Positions 29,146 to 38,706 are shown, counted from the stretch's first letter. The stretch: DNA of 64,000 nt from a virus (IMGVR_UViG_3300031994_000025:1-64000); one strand, 5' to 3'. The notes: generated by a model not told the origin, from the sequence alone. A program made the numbers and translations.

Positions 29146-29484
29146 ATGAAACAGACAACCTACATCGTCACCGCCATCGAGCACGACGAAATCGAGCCAG
29201 TCAAAAAACCTGAACAGGTAAAGGCAGAAACGCCGCAACAGTCGCAATCAGGTATGGTTACAGAAAGACCTATCGGTGCTCTCTGCTTTCTGCCTAAAAG
29301 CATCCACCGATTAGCAAAGAATTATGCACGAGACCGTGACACAACGGCCAAGCGATTCTTTCTCGAAACGATGCTCCTTGGGTTGAAACAACAGGGAATC
29401 ATCAACGACGAACAATACAAGGAAGCGCTTCGCCTCCCTGACGAATACGGATGGAAGGGAAGAAATAGGGACAGTTCCAAATAG
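29146..29484 (+). CDS. hypothetical protein, possibly ribbon-helix-helix
   Basis: LPKSIHRLAKNYA segment; par operon context. Confidence 0.55.
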   Translation: MKQTTYIVTAIEHDEIEPVKKPEQVKAETPQQSQSGMVTERPIGALCFLPKSIHRLAKNYARDRDTTAKRFFLETMLLGLKQQGIINDEQYKEALRLPDEYGWKGRNRDSSK

Positions 29485-29498
29485 GACAAACCTCCAGC

Positions 29499-29714
29499 CT
29501 ATCCTTCAAACTTTGGGCACGCCCGTTGCGATTGCAGCACACAAAACTCTTCTTCCGGACACCGCCCCAGCGTCGGCTTACGATCCTTCACTGTCAGCGT
29601 GCTAAACTTCGTGACGGGCGTGCATCGTGCGCACTCACCGCACACGTGTTTCTCATACTCCTTATCCTTGCCGCTGTTCTGAGCGGCGGTCGTTGTTCTG
29701 TAGTTCTTTGCCAT
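29499..29714 (-). CDS. small Cys-rich protein
   Basis: CGECARC...GRCP...ACPKF. Confidence 0.55.
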   Translation of the reverse strand: MAKNYRTTTAAQNSGKDKEYEKHVCGECARCTPVTKFSTLTVKDRKPTLGRCPEEEFCVLQSQRACPKFEG

Positions 29715-29777
29715 GCCCGCAATATAGTGCTGCGGGCTGGCAGATGCAAGGCGCAGATCGGAGTAGGGGGGCGAAGG

Positions 29778-30450
29778 TTATAAATCTGTCCGAGTTACGT
29801 GCGGGCGTATGATACGCGCCAAACGCCGCCGCGTTATAAAGATGTCCGAGTTTTGACACTCCTCTTTCTTCTTAAATTCTTAAACTATAAATTTGTCTGA
29901 GTTTAATATGTACAGTTTTAGTGGAGTATAAGGAAATAAAGAGTAAGCGGTTGTGTAACTATCTGATAGCAAATATATTACGCTGTCAAACTCGGACATT
30001 TTTATAGTATTACCAGGACACATTCATAGGGTGTTACGGACAGATTTACAGCCACTTACGGACACATTCACAGGCGTTCTCAGACGGATTCATAGGCGGT
30101 TGCGTGGTCTTGTCCCGGACGGATTCATTGGTTTCTGCGGGTTTCACGGACGGATAAACAGGTTTTTCTCGGACGGATTCATAGGTTCGCCGAACGTTTT
30201 CGGACGGATTTATAGTTTTGTGGGTCGCAATTCGGACGGATTTATAGCTGTTCACGGACATCTTTATAGTTTTCCTGCCAATCGGGACAAAATAGGAATA
30301 GCCCTAAATCTCGGACGTTTATATAGTTTTACTCGGACAAATTTATAACTCCGCAAAATTCGGACAGATTCATAGTTTTAAAACTTTTTTCGTAACTACC
30401 TGAAAATAAATGCAAAAATGTTTGGTAGTTTGCGGACATTTTTATAACTT
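29778..30450. repeat. iteron-containing plasmid replication origin
   Basis: About 15 direct copies of CGGACRNATTYATAG (30015, 30037, 30059 and 30081 are 22 bp apart), 3 inverted copies at 29778-29902, AT-rich gap; one copy overlaps the rep promoter TAACTTTG. Confidence 0.85.
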
Positions 30451-30518
30451 TGCCGACGGATTGCAAAAGGTAACGCTACAACTACCTGAGCATCCGACTC
30501 ATTTAAAGCTACACAACT

Positions 30519-31541
30519 ATGGCAAGAAAATCAAAGAAAGCCGAACAGCGCATGCAGGAACTTATCAGCAATGTGCCTGTTGATCAGCGCCGCATGATTA
30601 CGCAGCCCATCACCTTTGCCTATCTCAACGGTGACATGTCGGTGATGCACGCCAGAATCCAGACTACCATCATGGACAAATTACAGGAGCGCATCGCCAA
30701 GGCCATCAAGAAACAACATGAGAGCGGGTATGCGGGCAGCCTGTTCACCGACGATGACTTCCGCCCCTTAAAAGGCGTGTCGGGCAATTACCTCACCTTT
30801 TCAGTCAAGTACTCGGAACTTGGTGTCGATCCCGCCAACTACCGCTACGTCAGCGAGGCTGCCCGCGCTATGATGGGCACACTCGTCTATGAGAAAGAGG
30901 AGGACGGCTATGTGCGCAGCATCACCGTGTTCCCGGTCGTCGACGTGCCCGACGAGACCAAGAAGGAGCGCCGCACCGACATCAAGCTGCACATGACCGA
31001 GAGCACCGCCAAGGATCTCTTCACGTTCACCCGTTACCAGAAGTATCTGAAGGATGCCGTGTTCTGCTTCTCGTCGGGCTATGCGGGGCGCATCTACCTG
31101 CTTATCAATGCCAACAAGTTCGCAGGCACCTGGACCATCGAGTATGAGAAGCTGCGCAAGATACTGCTCACCACCAAGGACGAGAAGACGGGCAAGTATG
31201 TGGCCGACAAGTACAAGGACATCAACGATTTCAAGAAGCGCGTGCTGGAGCCCGCCAAGAGAGAGATAGCCGAAGCCGCCGACCACATCGACTGCACCTT
31301 CGACTACGAGTTCCGCTATCCAGCAGGCAAGAAGCGCGGCAAGCCCGAGGCTATCATCTTCCATATCAGTCTCACTGATACGGGCCGTAACATGAAGCAG
31401 CAGGACGCCGAAGCCCGAGAGGCCATCGTCCAGCGTGCGGCTGTGACTGGGTCCGGACTGAGTCCGGCGCGTAGGGCCGAGCGCATTGTGGCTACATCCG
31501 AGGAAGTAACCCCCGAACCAACCGACATGCAAATGTTCTAA
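30519..31541 (+). CDS. plasmid replication initiator (Rep_3/RepB family)
   Basis: S.YAGRIY.LI, IEYEKLRKIL and KY...NDFKKRVLEPA motifs; next to iterons. Confidence 0.9.
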   Translation: MARKSKKAEQRMQELISNVPVDQRRMITQPITFAYLNGDMSVMHARIQTTIMDKLQERIAKAIKKQHESGYAGSLFTDDDFRPLKGVSGNYLTFSVKYSELGVDPANYRYVSEAARAMMGTLVYEKEEDGYVRSITVFPVVDVPDETKKERRTDIKLHMTESTAKDLFTFTRYQKYLKDAVFCFSSGYAGRIYLLINANKFAGTWTIEYEKLRKILLTTKDEKTGKYVADKYKDINDFKKRVLEPAKREIAEAADHIDCTFDYEFRYPAGKKRGKPEAIIFHISLTDTGRNMKQQDAEAREAIVQRAAVTGSGLSPARRAERIVATSEEVTPEPTDMQMF

Positions 31542-31553
31542 AACCGAAACGCA

Positions 31554-32453
31554 ATGGAAAACTATCAAGAGCGCTGGGCGAAATGCCTGCAGATGATCCG
31601 CGAATGGCTGCCCAAGGATGTGAAGGTCATCCCGCAGGACGATGCGGAGTGGGTGTATCAGACGTGGTTCGCGCCCATCACCTTCGAGTCGTTCGACCCC
31701 ACCACGGGGGAACTTGTGCTGCGCGTGCCCGACCATCACGTCTGTGAATACATCGAGCACTACCGTATGCCGCTCTGGTCGTGGGTGCTGAAGCAGGCCT
31801 TCAGTCCGAACGTCCGGCTGGGCTACCGCATCCAGCAGCCGTCTCCCGACCATCCGGAGGGCTATATCTCCGACGTGTCGCCTGAGCGTCCACGGTTCTC
31901 CATACCCGATGCCCGGCAACAACTGGAGAGTGACATGCGCCGCGTCGTCGGCGACGGCTTCCGGTGGATGCCCGCCTACGACAAAGTGGCGGCGTGGCTG
32001 ACCGACAACGAGGGTAGGGGACTGTTGTGTCTGGGAACGCCCGGCATGGGCAAGTCAACCATCTGCTGCGACGTGCTGCCGCCCATCCTCGGCGGTCCTG
32101 ACTGGCGACGGAAAATACCCGTCGTACAGGCTGGAGAACTGCGAAGCCGTCTCGACGAACTGAAGCGTGCCCGCTGTGTGGTCATCGACGATCTGGGCAA
32201 GGACGACCGCAAGCACTACGGCAACCAGGACAACTCCTTCTACGAGCTCTGCGAGGCGTCGGTGCATGGAGGCCCGCTGCTCATCATCACCACCAACCTC
32301 TCCACCACCACCATCGCGCCACAGTTCCCGACGGCCGTCCTCTATCCCGATAGCATACAGCACCGCTACGGCGACGATGTGCTCAGCCGACTGGCAGCCT
32401 GCACCACTGTAGCCCGCTTCGAGGGAGCAAACTTCTGGAAGTCCAAAAACTAA
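31554..32453 (+). CDS. DnaA N-terminal domain plus AAA+ ATPase (helicase-loader-like)
   Basis: W..CL..IR...YQTWFAPI DnaA_N; GTPGMGKS; IDDLG; TTNL; RYG..VLSRL. Confidence 0.8.
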   Translation: MENYQERWAKCLQMIREWLPKDVKVIPQDDAEWVYQTWFAPITFESFDPTTGELVLRVPDHHVCEYIEHYRMPLWSWVLKQAFSPNVRLGYRIQQPSPDHPEGYISDVSPERPRFSIPDARQQLESDMRRVVGDGFRWMPAYDKVAAWLTDNEGRGLLCLGTPGMGKSTICCDVLPPILGGPDWRRKIPVVQAGELRSRLDELKRARCVVIDDLGKDDRKHYGNQDNSFYELCEASVHGGPLLIITTNLSTTTIAPQFPTAVLYPDSIQHRYGDDVLSRLAACTTVARFEGANFWKSKN

Positions 32454-33070
32454 TCCTTGATCCGCTTCGCCCTCCGTTGCCACTCGCGGCGCATCGCATC
32501 GACGTAGAGGTCGCTCGTGCCCATGTCGCGGCAGAACGCCTCTATCATATCCACGGCGGCATACTTCTCGCCGTCCATCCTCCTGGCATACTCACGGTCG
32601 TACTCCGCCACGCCGCGCCAGAACGCCTCGCGCAGCACCTTCAACAGTGCCGCCGACTGCTGCCGTCCGAAGCACGTGTCGCTGGTCCACGGGCGCAGCA
32701 CGCCGTTCTTCGTCAGACACGTCCTCGGACACTCTATCGGTACGAACAGCGCCAGTTCCTCGCGCCCCATGCCGTAGTGCCGCTGCACCGTCTTCGGGTC
32801 GAGCGCCAGTCCTGCGTCGATGCAGCCGTAGCGCGTCGCCGACAGCGAGTTCTCCTGCACGTCGGGCTCTTCCGTCTCGTCGTCGCCCGTCACGTCATTG
32901 CACGTCTCCATGCGGAGCACGTCGCGCGCACCGTCCAGATGTTGCAAACAAACCACCTTCTTTCCCCCAATTCTCGTCCCGCCTACGAGTTCCTTTTGCA
33001 GCCAGCCGTGCATGTAGTCCGTCACCTTCAGCCACGCCACGACCGGCATCTTGTAACCCTTCTCAGACAT
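32450..33070 (-). CDS. hypothetical phage protein
   Basis: 206-aa ORF downstream of a TAACTTCG-like promoter. Confidence 0.7.
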   Translation of the reverse strand: MSEKGYKMPVVAWLKVTDYMHGWLQKELVGGTRIGGKKVVCLQHLDGARDVLRMETCNDVTGDDETEEPDVQENSLSATRYGCIDAGLALDPKTVQRHYGMGREELALFVPIECPRTCLTKNGVLRPWTSDTCFGRQQSAALLKVLREAFWRGVAEYDREYARRMDGEKYAAVDMIEAFCRDMGTSDLYVDAMRREWQRRAKRIKD

Positions 33071-34149
33071 CGTATGTAGTAATAACGGCTGCGAAGTTAC
33101 GAAAAATTTCTGAGACTACGACTACGAATTGCACGAATTTTACGAATTATTTTTTTTCCCCGTAGGCATTCCCCGTCCCTTTGAGGGGAGGGGGTGGGGC
33201 GGGGTCTACCTCTCAAAGTAAGAATAGTTTACATCGAAATTTATCTGAAATTTTACGTTTTTCCTTGGAAATACCCGTTTCTGATAACAGTTTTGCAAAT
33301 TTCTGATAACGCTGATGTTCAGCAAGTTAGGTGCGATTTACCCCGATTTTGCCCGAAAAAGTTATCAGAAGCCCTGATAACTGCAACACCGCTGACACTC
33401 AAATAGTTACCCGCTTTTAGGGGTATTTCCCAGAAATCGCCCTTTTTCGCTGAGACCACTTTTAAAATATATTCTATTTCTATCAGAAATTCTGTACATA
33501 TCTCATCACGACCGCGCGGAAACTCCCTGATACCCACTATATATAAATAGAAATAGGACAATTAGAATAAAACGCTAATAATCAGATAGTTATACTATAT
33601 ATATAGGGAAATAAATTTTTATTTTTCAAATCACTTTTTTATAAAAAACCGCAAAATAACAGCGCAAAACAATATATAAATAACTGATATTCAACACTTT
33701 AGCGCGTTCCATCGGCGCAAAATAAGCGCAAATAACCTGGGAAATCAGCGCAAAATCTTTTCCGGCGCGCGCCTTTTCTGTTCAGATAACTCGCTGAACG
33801 CTTGCGCATTACGCAAGAAATGACTACCTTTGCAGCGCAAAATCAGGCTCTGATAACTCTCAGGCCCGATGCGCAAGCAATACTGCGATCACAGCGGCGG
33901 AGTTTTCCCGTCACCATAAAACGCGGGGCCCCGCCCACCACCAACGCCCTGCGTCTCCGCCGCTTTCTTCTTTGACCACATTTAGGTATTTGATGTTATA
34001 ACAATCGCCGCCGCGATGGCGCCACCCACAAAGATTTGTTTTAGTAGATTAGTAGTTTGTTTTCGCCGGGTCACTCCGGCAACCCATCGGGAGGTTCACG
34101 TGTAGCTCCTCTCGTTCCGGCAGCCGCTCCGTTGTAGCATTCTGGGCGG

Positions 34150-34273
34150 CTGCCCTTGGCTTGCGCCGAGTGCTATCCTCGCCATTCCCGACGTTCCGTC
34201 GCCTACCCGTAGCCTTTCGGCATAACCATCGAGCAAGCTCGTGGATTCTGCGCTCGGCTCGCACTGCCCTTGT
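34150..34273 (-). repeat. composite palindromic repeat, inverted relative of 17397-17520
   Basis: Shares GCCGAAAGGCTACGGGTAGGCGACGGAACGTCGGGAATGGCGA. Confidence 0.85.
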
Positions 34274-34317
34274 TTTAAATGCTTCCAACGGATATTTTGC
34301 CGAAAACATTCAGCGAA

Positions 34318-34926
34318 ATGAACATCCATTACAACCTCATTCTGGCGATTGTAGTCGGAATCCTGCTCGGCTCCTGCGCCACTCCGAAGGCCGTGGAGCG
34401 CACGGAGCACCACCGCGCCGAGGCCGACACGATGGCCATCCAGGCTGCCGTCGATGCCCACATGTCATCATGGCACGAACGCATCGACTCCATCTTCCGC
34501 GAGCGTATCAGCCAGTACAGTGAGCAGCAGTCGTCGCACTCTGAGGAGCGCGAGACGATCCAGGAGACCATCACCACCACCACCGACTCGCTGGGCCGCG
34601 CCGTCCGACAGGAGCAGCGCACCATCAGCCGTGATATCCAGCGCGAGCAGCAGCAGGCCGTTCAGCGTCTGGAGCGCGAGATGGAGAACCGGCTGCAGAC
34701 CGCCCTCGACCGTCAGGACAGCATCTGGCAACAGCGTCTCGATATCGCCCTGAGCCATAGTGAGCAGTCCGACTCCACTCACAACACCGTCACCCCCGTC
34801 GCCCAGGACAGCCGCCCATGGTACCGCCGCTGGGCCGACCGCCTGCAGTGGCTCGCCGTAGGCATCATCCTCGCCGCCGCCGCCTGGATCACCCGCCGCT
34901 GGTGGCGCAGGATAGCAAATCGTTAA
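34318..34926 (+). CDS. lipoprotein with C-terminal TM helix, unimolecular spanin candidate
   Basis: LLGSC lipobox, long Q/E-rich helix, C-terminal WLAVGIILAAAAWI followed by a basic tail. Confidence 0.65.
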   Translation: MNIHYNLILAIVVGILLGSCATPKAVERTEHHRAEADTMAIQAAVDAHMSSWHERIDSIFRERISQYSEQQSSHSEERETIQETITTTTDSLGRAVRQEQRTISRDIQREQQQAVQRLEREMENRLQTALDRQDSIWQQRLDIALSHSEQSDSTHNTVTPVAQDSRPWYRRWADRLQWLAVGIILAAAAWITRRWWRRIANR

Positions 34927-34942
34927 ATAGTAAATTACCTCG

Positions 34943-35119
34943 ATGAGCTTCATTATATCCCACACGCCAACGCGCGCCTACAACCGTCTGCCTCCCGACC
35001 GCAGCGTCGTCAATACCTTCGACGAACTGATGGCTCTGCAGGACGAACTGGAGTGCGACCTCTACATCACCCTGCCCGACGAGTACAATCAGCGACGGGT
35101 GTATCTGTATGACCCATAA
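34943..35119 (+). CDS. small hypothetical protein (58 aa)
   Basis: MSFIISH...YLYDP*, fills the operon gap. Confidence 0.5.
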   Translation: MSFIISHTPTRAYNRLPPDRSVVNTFDELMALQDELECDLYITLPDEYNQRRVYLYDP

Positions 35120-35146
35120 ACTTAAATTTGTCCAGTACATTTAGCA

Positions 35147-35464
35147 ATGATTAACGATAGTCATCTGAAGACGTTAGCCCTCTCTGAACTGCGCCGCGTG
35201 GCCGAGCGCACAAGGCTGGTGGCCCGCCGCCTGCCCGACAGCAAGGGTGGTTACAAGGTGGAGCAGGTCGTGGAGCGCGTACCGTTCAGAGTATGGTATA
35301 TCGCCGCCTCCAATGGCGACGTGATCCGTGGTGAGGAATGCGTCACCATCTCCGTCGATGTCGCCGCCGGTACCCGCCTCGTGCAGTTCACCGCCAGCGG
35401 CCAGACCCGCCGCCTGAGAGACTGCTGCATCCTGCGGGTAGACGACTTCCGGCTGACGGTGTGA
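35147..35464 (+). CDS. hypothetical phage protein
   Basis: 105-aa ORF with GC3-rich codon usage. Confidence 0.7.
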   Translation: MINDSHLKTLALSELRRVAERTRLVARRLPDSKGGYKVEQVVERVPFRVWYIAASNGDVIRGEECVTISVDVAAGTRLVQFTASGQTRRLRDCCILRVDDFRLTV

Positions 35465-35521
35465 GACGATGGCTGATGACTGAACGGCATCCATCAAAAT
35501 GTCGCACACATTTACAGTAGT

Positions 35522-36802
35522 TTAACTTTGCGGTTTCTTCGGCATTCCCTCATCCTCAGGTGGCTCTTTGCCATATTTCAGCCGGTATGACTCTGGATTG
35601 TGGCGGTGGTAATGGCCGCGAGTCCTATGGCCTCTTCTGATATTTGCCGCAATATTCGACGGAAGCATACCGTAAGCAATTCCGGCATCCTTGATGGACT
35701 TGAAGCTGCCGATGACACTACCGTCGTCGTCCAATATTTCGATAGGCATATTCGACATGCCGCGATAACTTAATCCTGCCTTTGATAGTATATGTATAAC
35801 AGTATTGTATGAACATTCTACATGGTTTGGAATCTCCTTTGGCATCATTCCCTGCTTTGCCAGCTCCACCACTTGCGGTTGAAGATTATTCCTCCTGTAA
35901 CCGCCAATGCCACCTGTTGTAGCCACGTTCAGTATCGTCCATCCCTCTTGCTTGTAACGTTCCAGCCACTCGCCCTCCATGCGCTGCGCCTCCTTTACTG
36001 GCAGAAATCCTGTAAGAGGCTTGAATACAGGCTCTATCCCCGTAGCATTGATGTGTTTTAACACAGCAGAATTACAGTCTTTCATGTGCTGTTTTTCCCG
36101 TTGGTCTGCGTTGCAGGTAAGCCCAACGTATGCCGAGCGGTCATTAAACTCGAATGCGTAAATCATCCTCCTTATCATGTTTCCCCTCGGCTCCATGTGT
36201 CCCAGTGCCTCGTCTATAAAAGCCTTGCCGCGAGTGGTGATAGCGTACAGTATTCTTGGTTCGTGATCCATCAACTCGCCTCTGTCATTATAATGGGATG
36301 CCCTCTCTATCAGGTAGTCTTTGTCGTAAGCCTTTGGTCTGGTGGGTGGGTAGAGCGTCTTCAATATGCCCAGTCTCTTCATGGCCTTAAAGTATGCCGT
36401 ATGGTGTATCCTCAACTGGTCTGCGTCCATGACAGGGTGTTCCCGCTTGAACTGTTCGCAGTCCTCGCGCGTCAGTTTATCAGGGCGGTTCAATCGGTCT
36501 GGATAAAGCTCGTCGATTATTCCCAGGCGCTGCATGGCGGTGTGATATCTATAGTGATGAAATCTCAAGTCTTCCCTCTTCATATCCGGGTGCTCCTGCT
36601 TGAATTGCTCACAGTCCTCGCGTGTCAGGTCGAAACTTCTTTTCTTCTCGTATGGGTACAATTCGTCGAAGATGCCGAGTCGTTTCATTGCTCGCACATA
36701 TCCTTTCTTCTGATGGATGTTCGCCCTGGTAATCTCGGGGTGTTCCCGCTTAAATTGCTCGCAGTCTTCGCGGGTCAGGTTTTTGTGAGTTTTTCTTTTC
36801 AT
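35522..36802 (-). CDS. GIY-YIG-like endonuclease with three N-terminal repeats and a NUMOD1-like tail
   Basis: IYAF...AYVGLT...RE..H...E...LN; LTREDCEQFK.EHP three times; FKSIKDAG. Confidence 0.75.
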   Translation of the reverse strand: MKRKTHKNLTREDCEQFKREHPEITRANIHQKKGYVRAMKRLGIFDELYPYEKKRSFDLTREDCEQFKQEHPDMKREDLRFHHYRYHTAMQRLGIIDELYPDRLNRPDKLTREDCEQFKREHPVMDADQLRIHHTAYFKAMKRLGILKTLYPPTRPKAYDKDYLIERASHYNDRGELMDHEPRILYAITTRGKAFIDEALGHMEPRGNMIRRMIYAFEFNDRSAYVGLTCNADQREKQHMKDCNSAVLKHINATGIEPVFKPLTGFLPVKEAQRMEGEWLERYKQEGWTILNVATTGGIGGYRRNNLQPQVVELAKQGMMPKEIPNHVECSYNTVIHILSKAGLSYRGMSNMPIEILDDDGSVIGSFKSIKDAGIAYGMLPSNIAANIRRGHRTRGHYHRHNPESYRLKYGKEPPEDEGMPKKPQS

Positions 36803-36804
36803 AT

Positions 36805-36996
36805 CACTGAGTTTTGACAACTATAACAAGAACGACCGCACTACGCGTTGTCAAGTCCTCAGTGCTGACTCCGGGGTGTTTCCACTACCCGACGCGGTTA
36901 CGGTCGATGTATTTAACCGACAATAGTATGGGCACAAAAAATGCCGCTGTTGATGCGGCCTGTTCGTCCGCACTGAGATTTGACAATGCAAAGATA
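36805..36996 (-). ncRNA. c4-like antisense cassette
   Basis: Promoter 36989-36996; targets 36970-36986 and 36805-36820; antisense 36848-36865 inside stem 36833-36906; terminator 36931-36959. Confidence 0.7.
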
Positions 36997-37257
36997 GTAA
37001 TTATTTTCCGACAATGCTAATTTGTCACACGCATTTACGATAAATTAACAGAAAGATGTGTGATGCCTGAAAGGCTACGGGTAGGCGCGACAGCGGGAAT
37101 TGGCTGACGGTGGAAGTCCTTTGGAACGACTTTGCCCTTGTGCAGTCTGCGCCCGCACATTATATTATCCCCGTGAATGGCAGTCTTACCGAAGGCCGCC
37201 GTTCATCGTCACCTGAGAGTGACAATCATTGTTCGGTAACTTACAAAAACAGCGATT

Positions 37258-37806
37258 ATGGCACACAACGTTCGTATTAAGTATTATGCCCGCGAGAATA
37301 CCAAGATGTTCCCGCACTCGTTCTATGCCCAGAGCCTGCCCAACGGCACCTACGGCTTCCAGCAGATCTGCCAGCAGGCCAGCAAGAACACCAGCATCGA
37401 GGCTCACACCATCCGCGCCGCCGTCGAGGAGTACATGAAGGTGGCAATGGAGAAACTGCTGGAGGGCTTCCGCGTGGAGGTGGGCGACCAGTTCCTCACC
37501 CTCGGCCCGGCCCTCAACGCCCGCGTGAAGGACGAACTCAACGACGACAACACCGTGAAGCGTGCTGTCACCGCCGACGACCTGAAGGCCACCGGTGCCA
37601 AGAGCCGCATCACCTGCGTGGTAAACGCAGAGTTCACCCACGAGTTCAACCGCAGCGTCCGTTGGCAGAAGACCGACCGCAAGGGTGATCCTCTGGAGCC
37701 CGAGGAAGACGATGCCACCCAGGATTCCACCGATGACACCACCGACCCGACCACCGACCCGACCAACCCTGACGACACCGGCAACCCCATCGACACCGGC
37801 GAATAA
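37258..37806 (+). CDS. Bacteroidetes HU-like DNA-binding protein with D/T/P-rich tail
   Basis: L..G.RV..G...L.P pattern and low-complexity C-terminus. Confidence 0.75.
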   Translation: MAHNVRIKYYARENTKMFPHSFYAQSLPNGTYGFQQICQQASKNTSIEAHTIRAAVEEYMKVAMEKLLEGFRVEVGDQFLTLGPALNARVKDELNDDNTVKRAVTADDLKATGAKSRITCVVNAEFTHEFNRSVRWQKTDRKGDPLEPEEDDATQDSTDDTTDPTTDPTNPDDTGNPIDTGE

Positions 37807-37809
37807 GCG

Positions 37810-38250
37810 ATGAGTCCAGGAAAATACAAAGGCATACTCGTAGCCGCCGTGGTGAAGCGCTCGGGCATCTGCCGCGCCACCGTGGAGCAGGTCTTGTCGG
37901 CCACGTTCGACGAGATCCGCTACCAGATGGCCGAGGGTGCGGGCTGCGTACCAATCGAGTCGTTCGGTACGTTCTACACTATGGATATACCTGAGCGCGA
38001 GCACCTCTATACCTATAAGGGTAAGAGCGAGCTGAAACATCTGCCGCCCACCAAGCGTTTGAAGTTCAAGCCCACGAAGTCGTTTAAGCGCGAGGTCATC
38101 GACGACCAGCGCTTCGACCCCTCGCGCCGCTCCTTCGAGCGCCATCCCGACGACCCGCCCATCAAGGCCCGCATGGCCCTGAAGTACCAGGGTGGCAAGC
38201 ATCAGCCCCCGGCGAAGAGCAAGACCGTATTCGTGAAGACTAAAGAGTGA
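37810..38250 (+). CDS. HU/IHF family DNA-binding protein
   Basis: V.IESFGTF...PER...LP....LKFKP.KSFK. Confidence 0.85.
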   Translation: MSPGKYKGILVAAVVKRSGICRATVEQVLSATFDEIRYQMAEGAGCVPIESFGTFYTMDIPEREHLYTYKGKSELKHLPPTKRLKFKPTKSFKREVIDDQRFDPSRRSFERHPDDPPIKARMALKYQGGKHQPPAKSKTVFVKTKE

Positions 38251-38295
38251 AAGATATCGACCAGTAGTTGTCATAGCCGCGTGCCATTGGCGACG

Positions 38296-38327
38296 GCCTG
38301 CCCTTCGAGCAAGGGCGGGCTTTTTTT
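38296..38327 (+). terminator. intrinsic terminator
   Basis: GCCTGCCCTT-loop-AAGGGCGGGC followed by a T-run. Confidence 0.75.
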
Positions 38328-38464
38328 ATTTGTCCCACACTTTTAACAATCTTTATTTTAATAATGTTCGCACCTCCCTGCGCCCTCGCGTGCGAGGCAA
38401 AAATTTTTTCGGGCCGATGCGAAAAATAATCGGCGAAAAATTTGGAGGTTTCAGAAATTTACCC

Positions 38465-38702
38465 TATCTTTGCCAACGCTAACAAGATGATAGTAACTTC
38501 TATCCGTCGGGGTGCGCGTCAGACGCTCAGCAGAAATGCCGGGCATTTTTTATGCCCAGTATGCAACCGATAAATACGGCTGCCTTCTCGTAAGATTAAA
38601 ACGGCTCCTTCGGAGAAGTCATCATCTTGTTAGCAACGGGAAGTGCAGCCGTTTCTCTGTCTCCGCGCCAGTGCGGATCGCTGGCATGCTAACAAGATGA
38701 TG
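38465..38702 (+). ncRNA. c4-like antisense cassette
   Basis: TATCTTTG 38465-38472; GCTAACAAGATGAT at 38478 and 38688; perfect complement CATCATCTTGTTAGCA at 38620-38635 inside stem ACGGCTGC/GCAGCCGT. Confidence 0.72.
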
Positions 38703-38706
38703 CAAT

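Noticed and set aside
29990-30450. Regularly spaced repeats as a CRISPR array
   Set aside because: Short, degenerate, irregularly spaced, present in both orientations and adjacent to rep; these are iterons.
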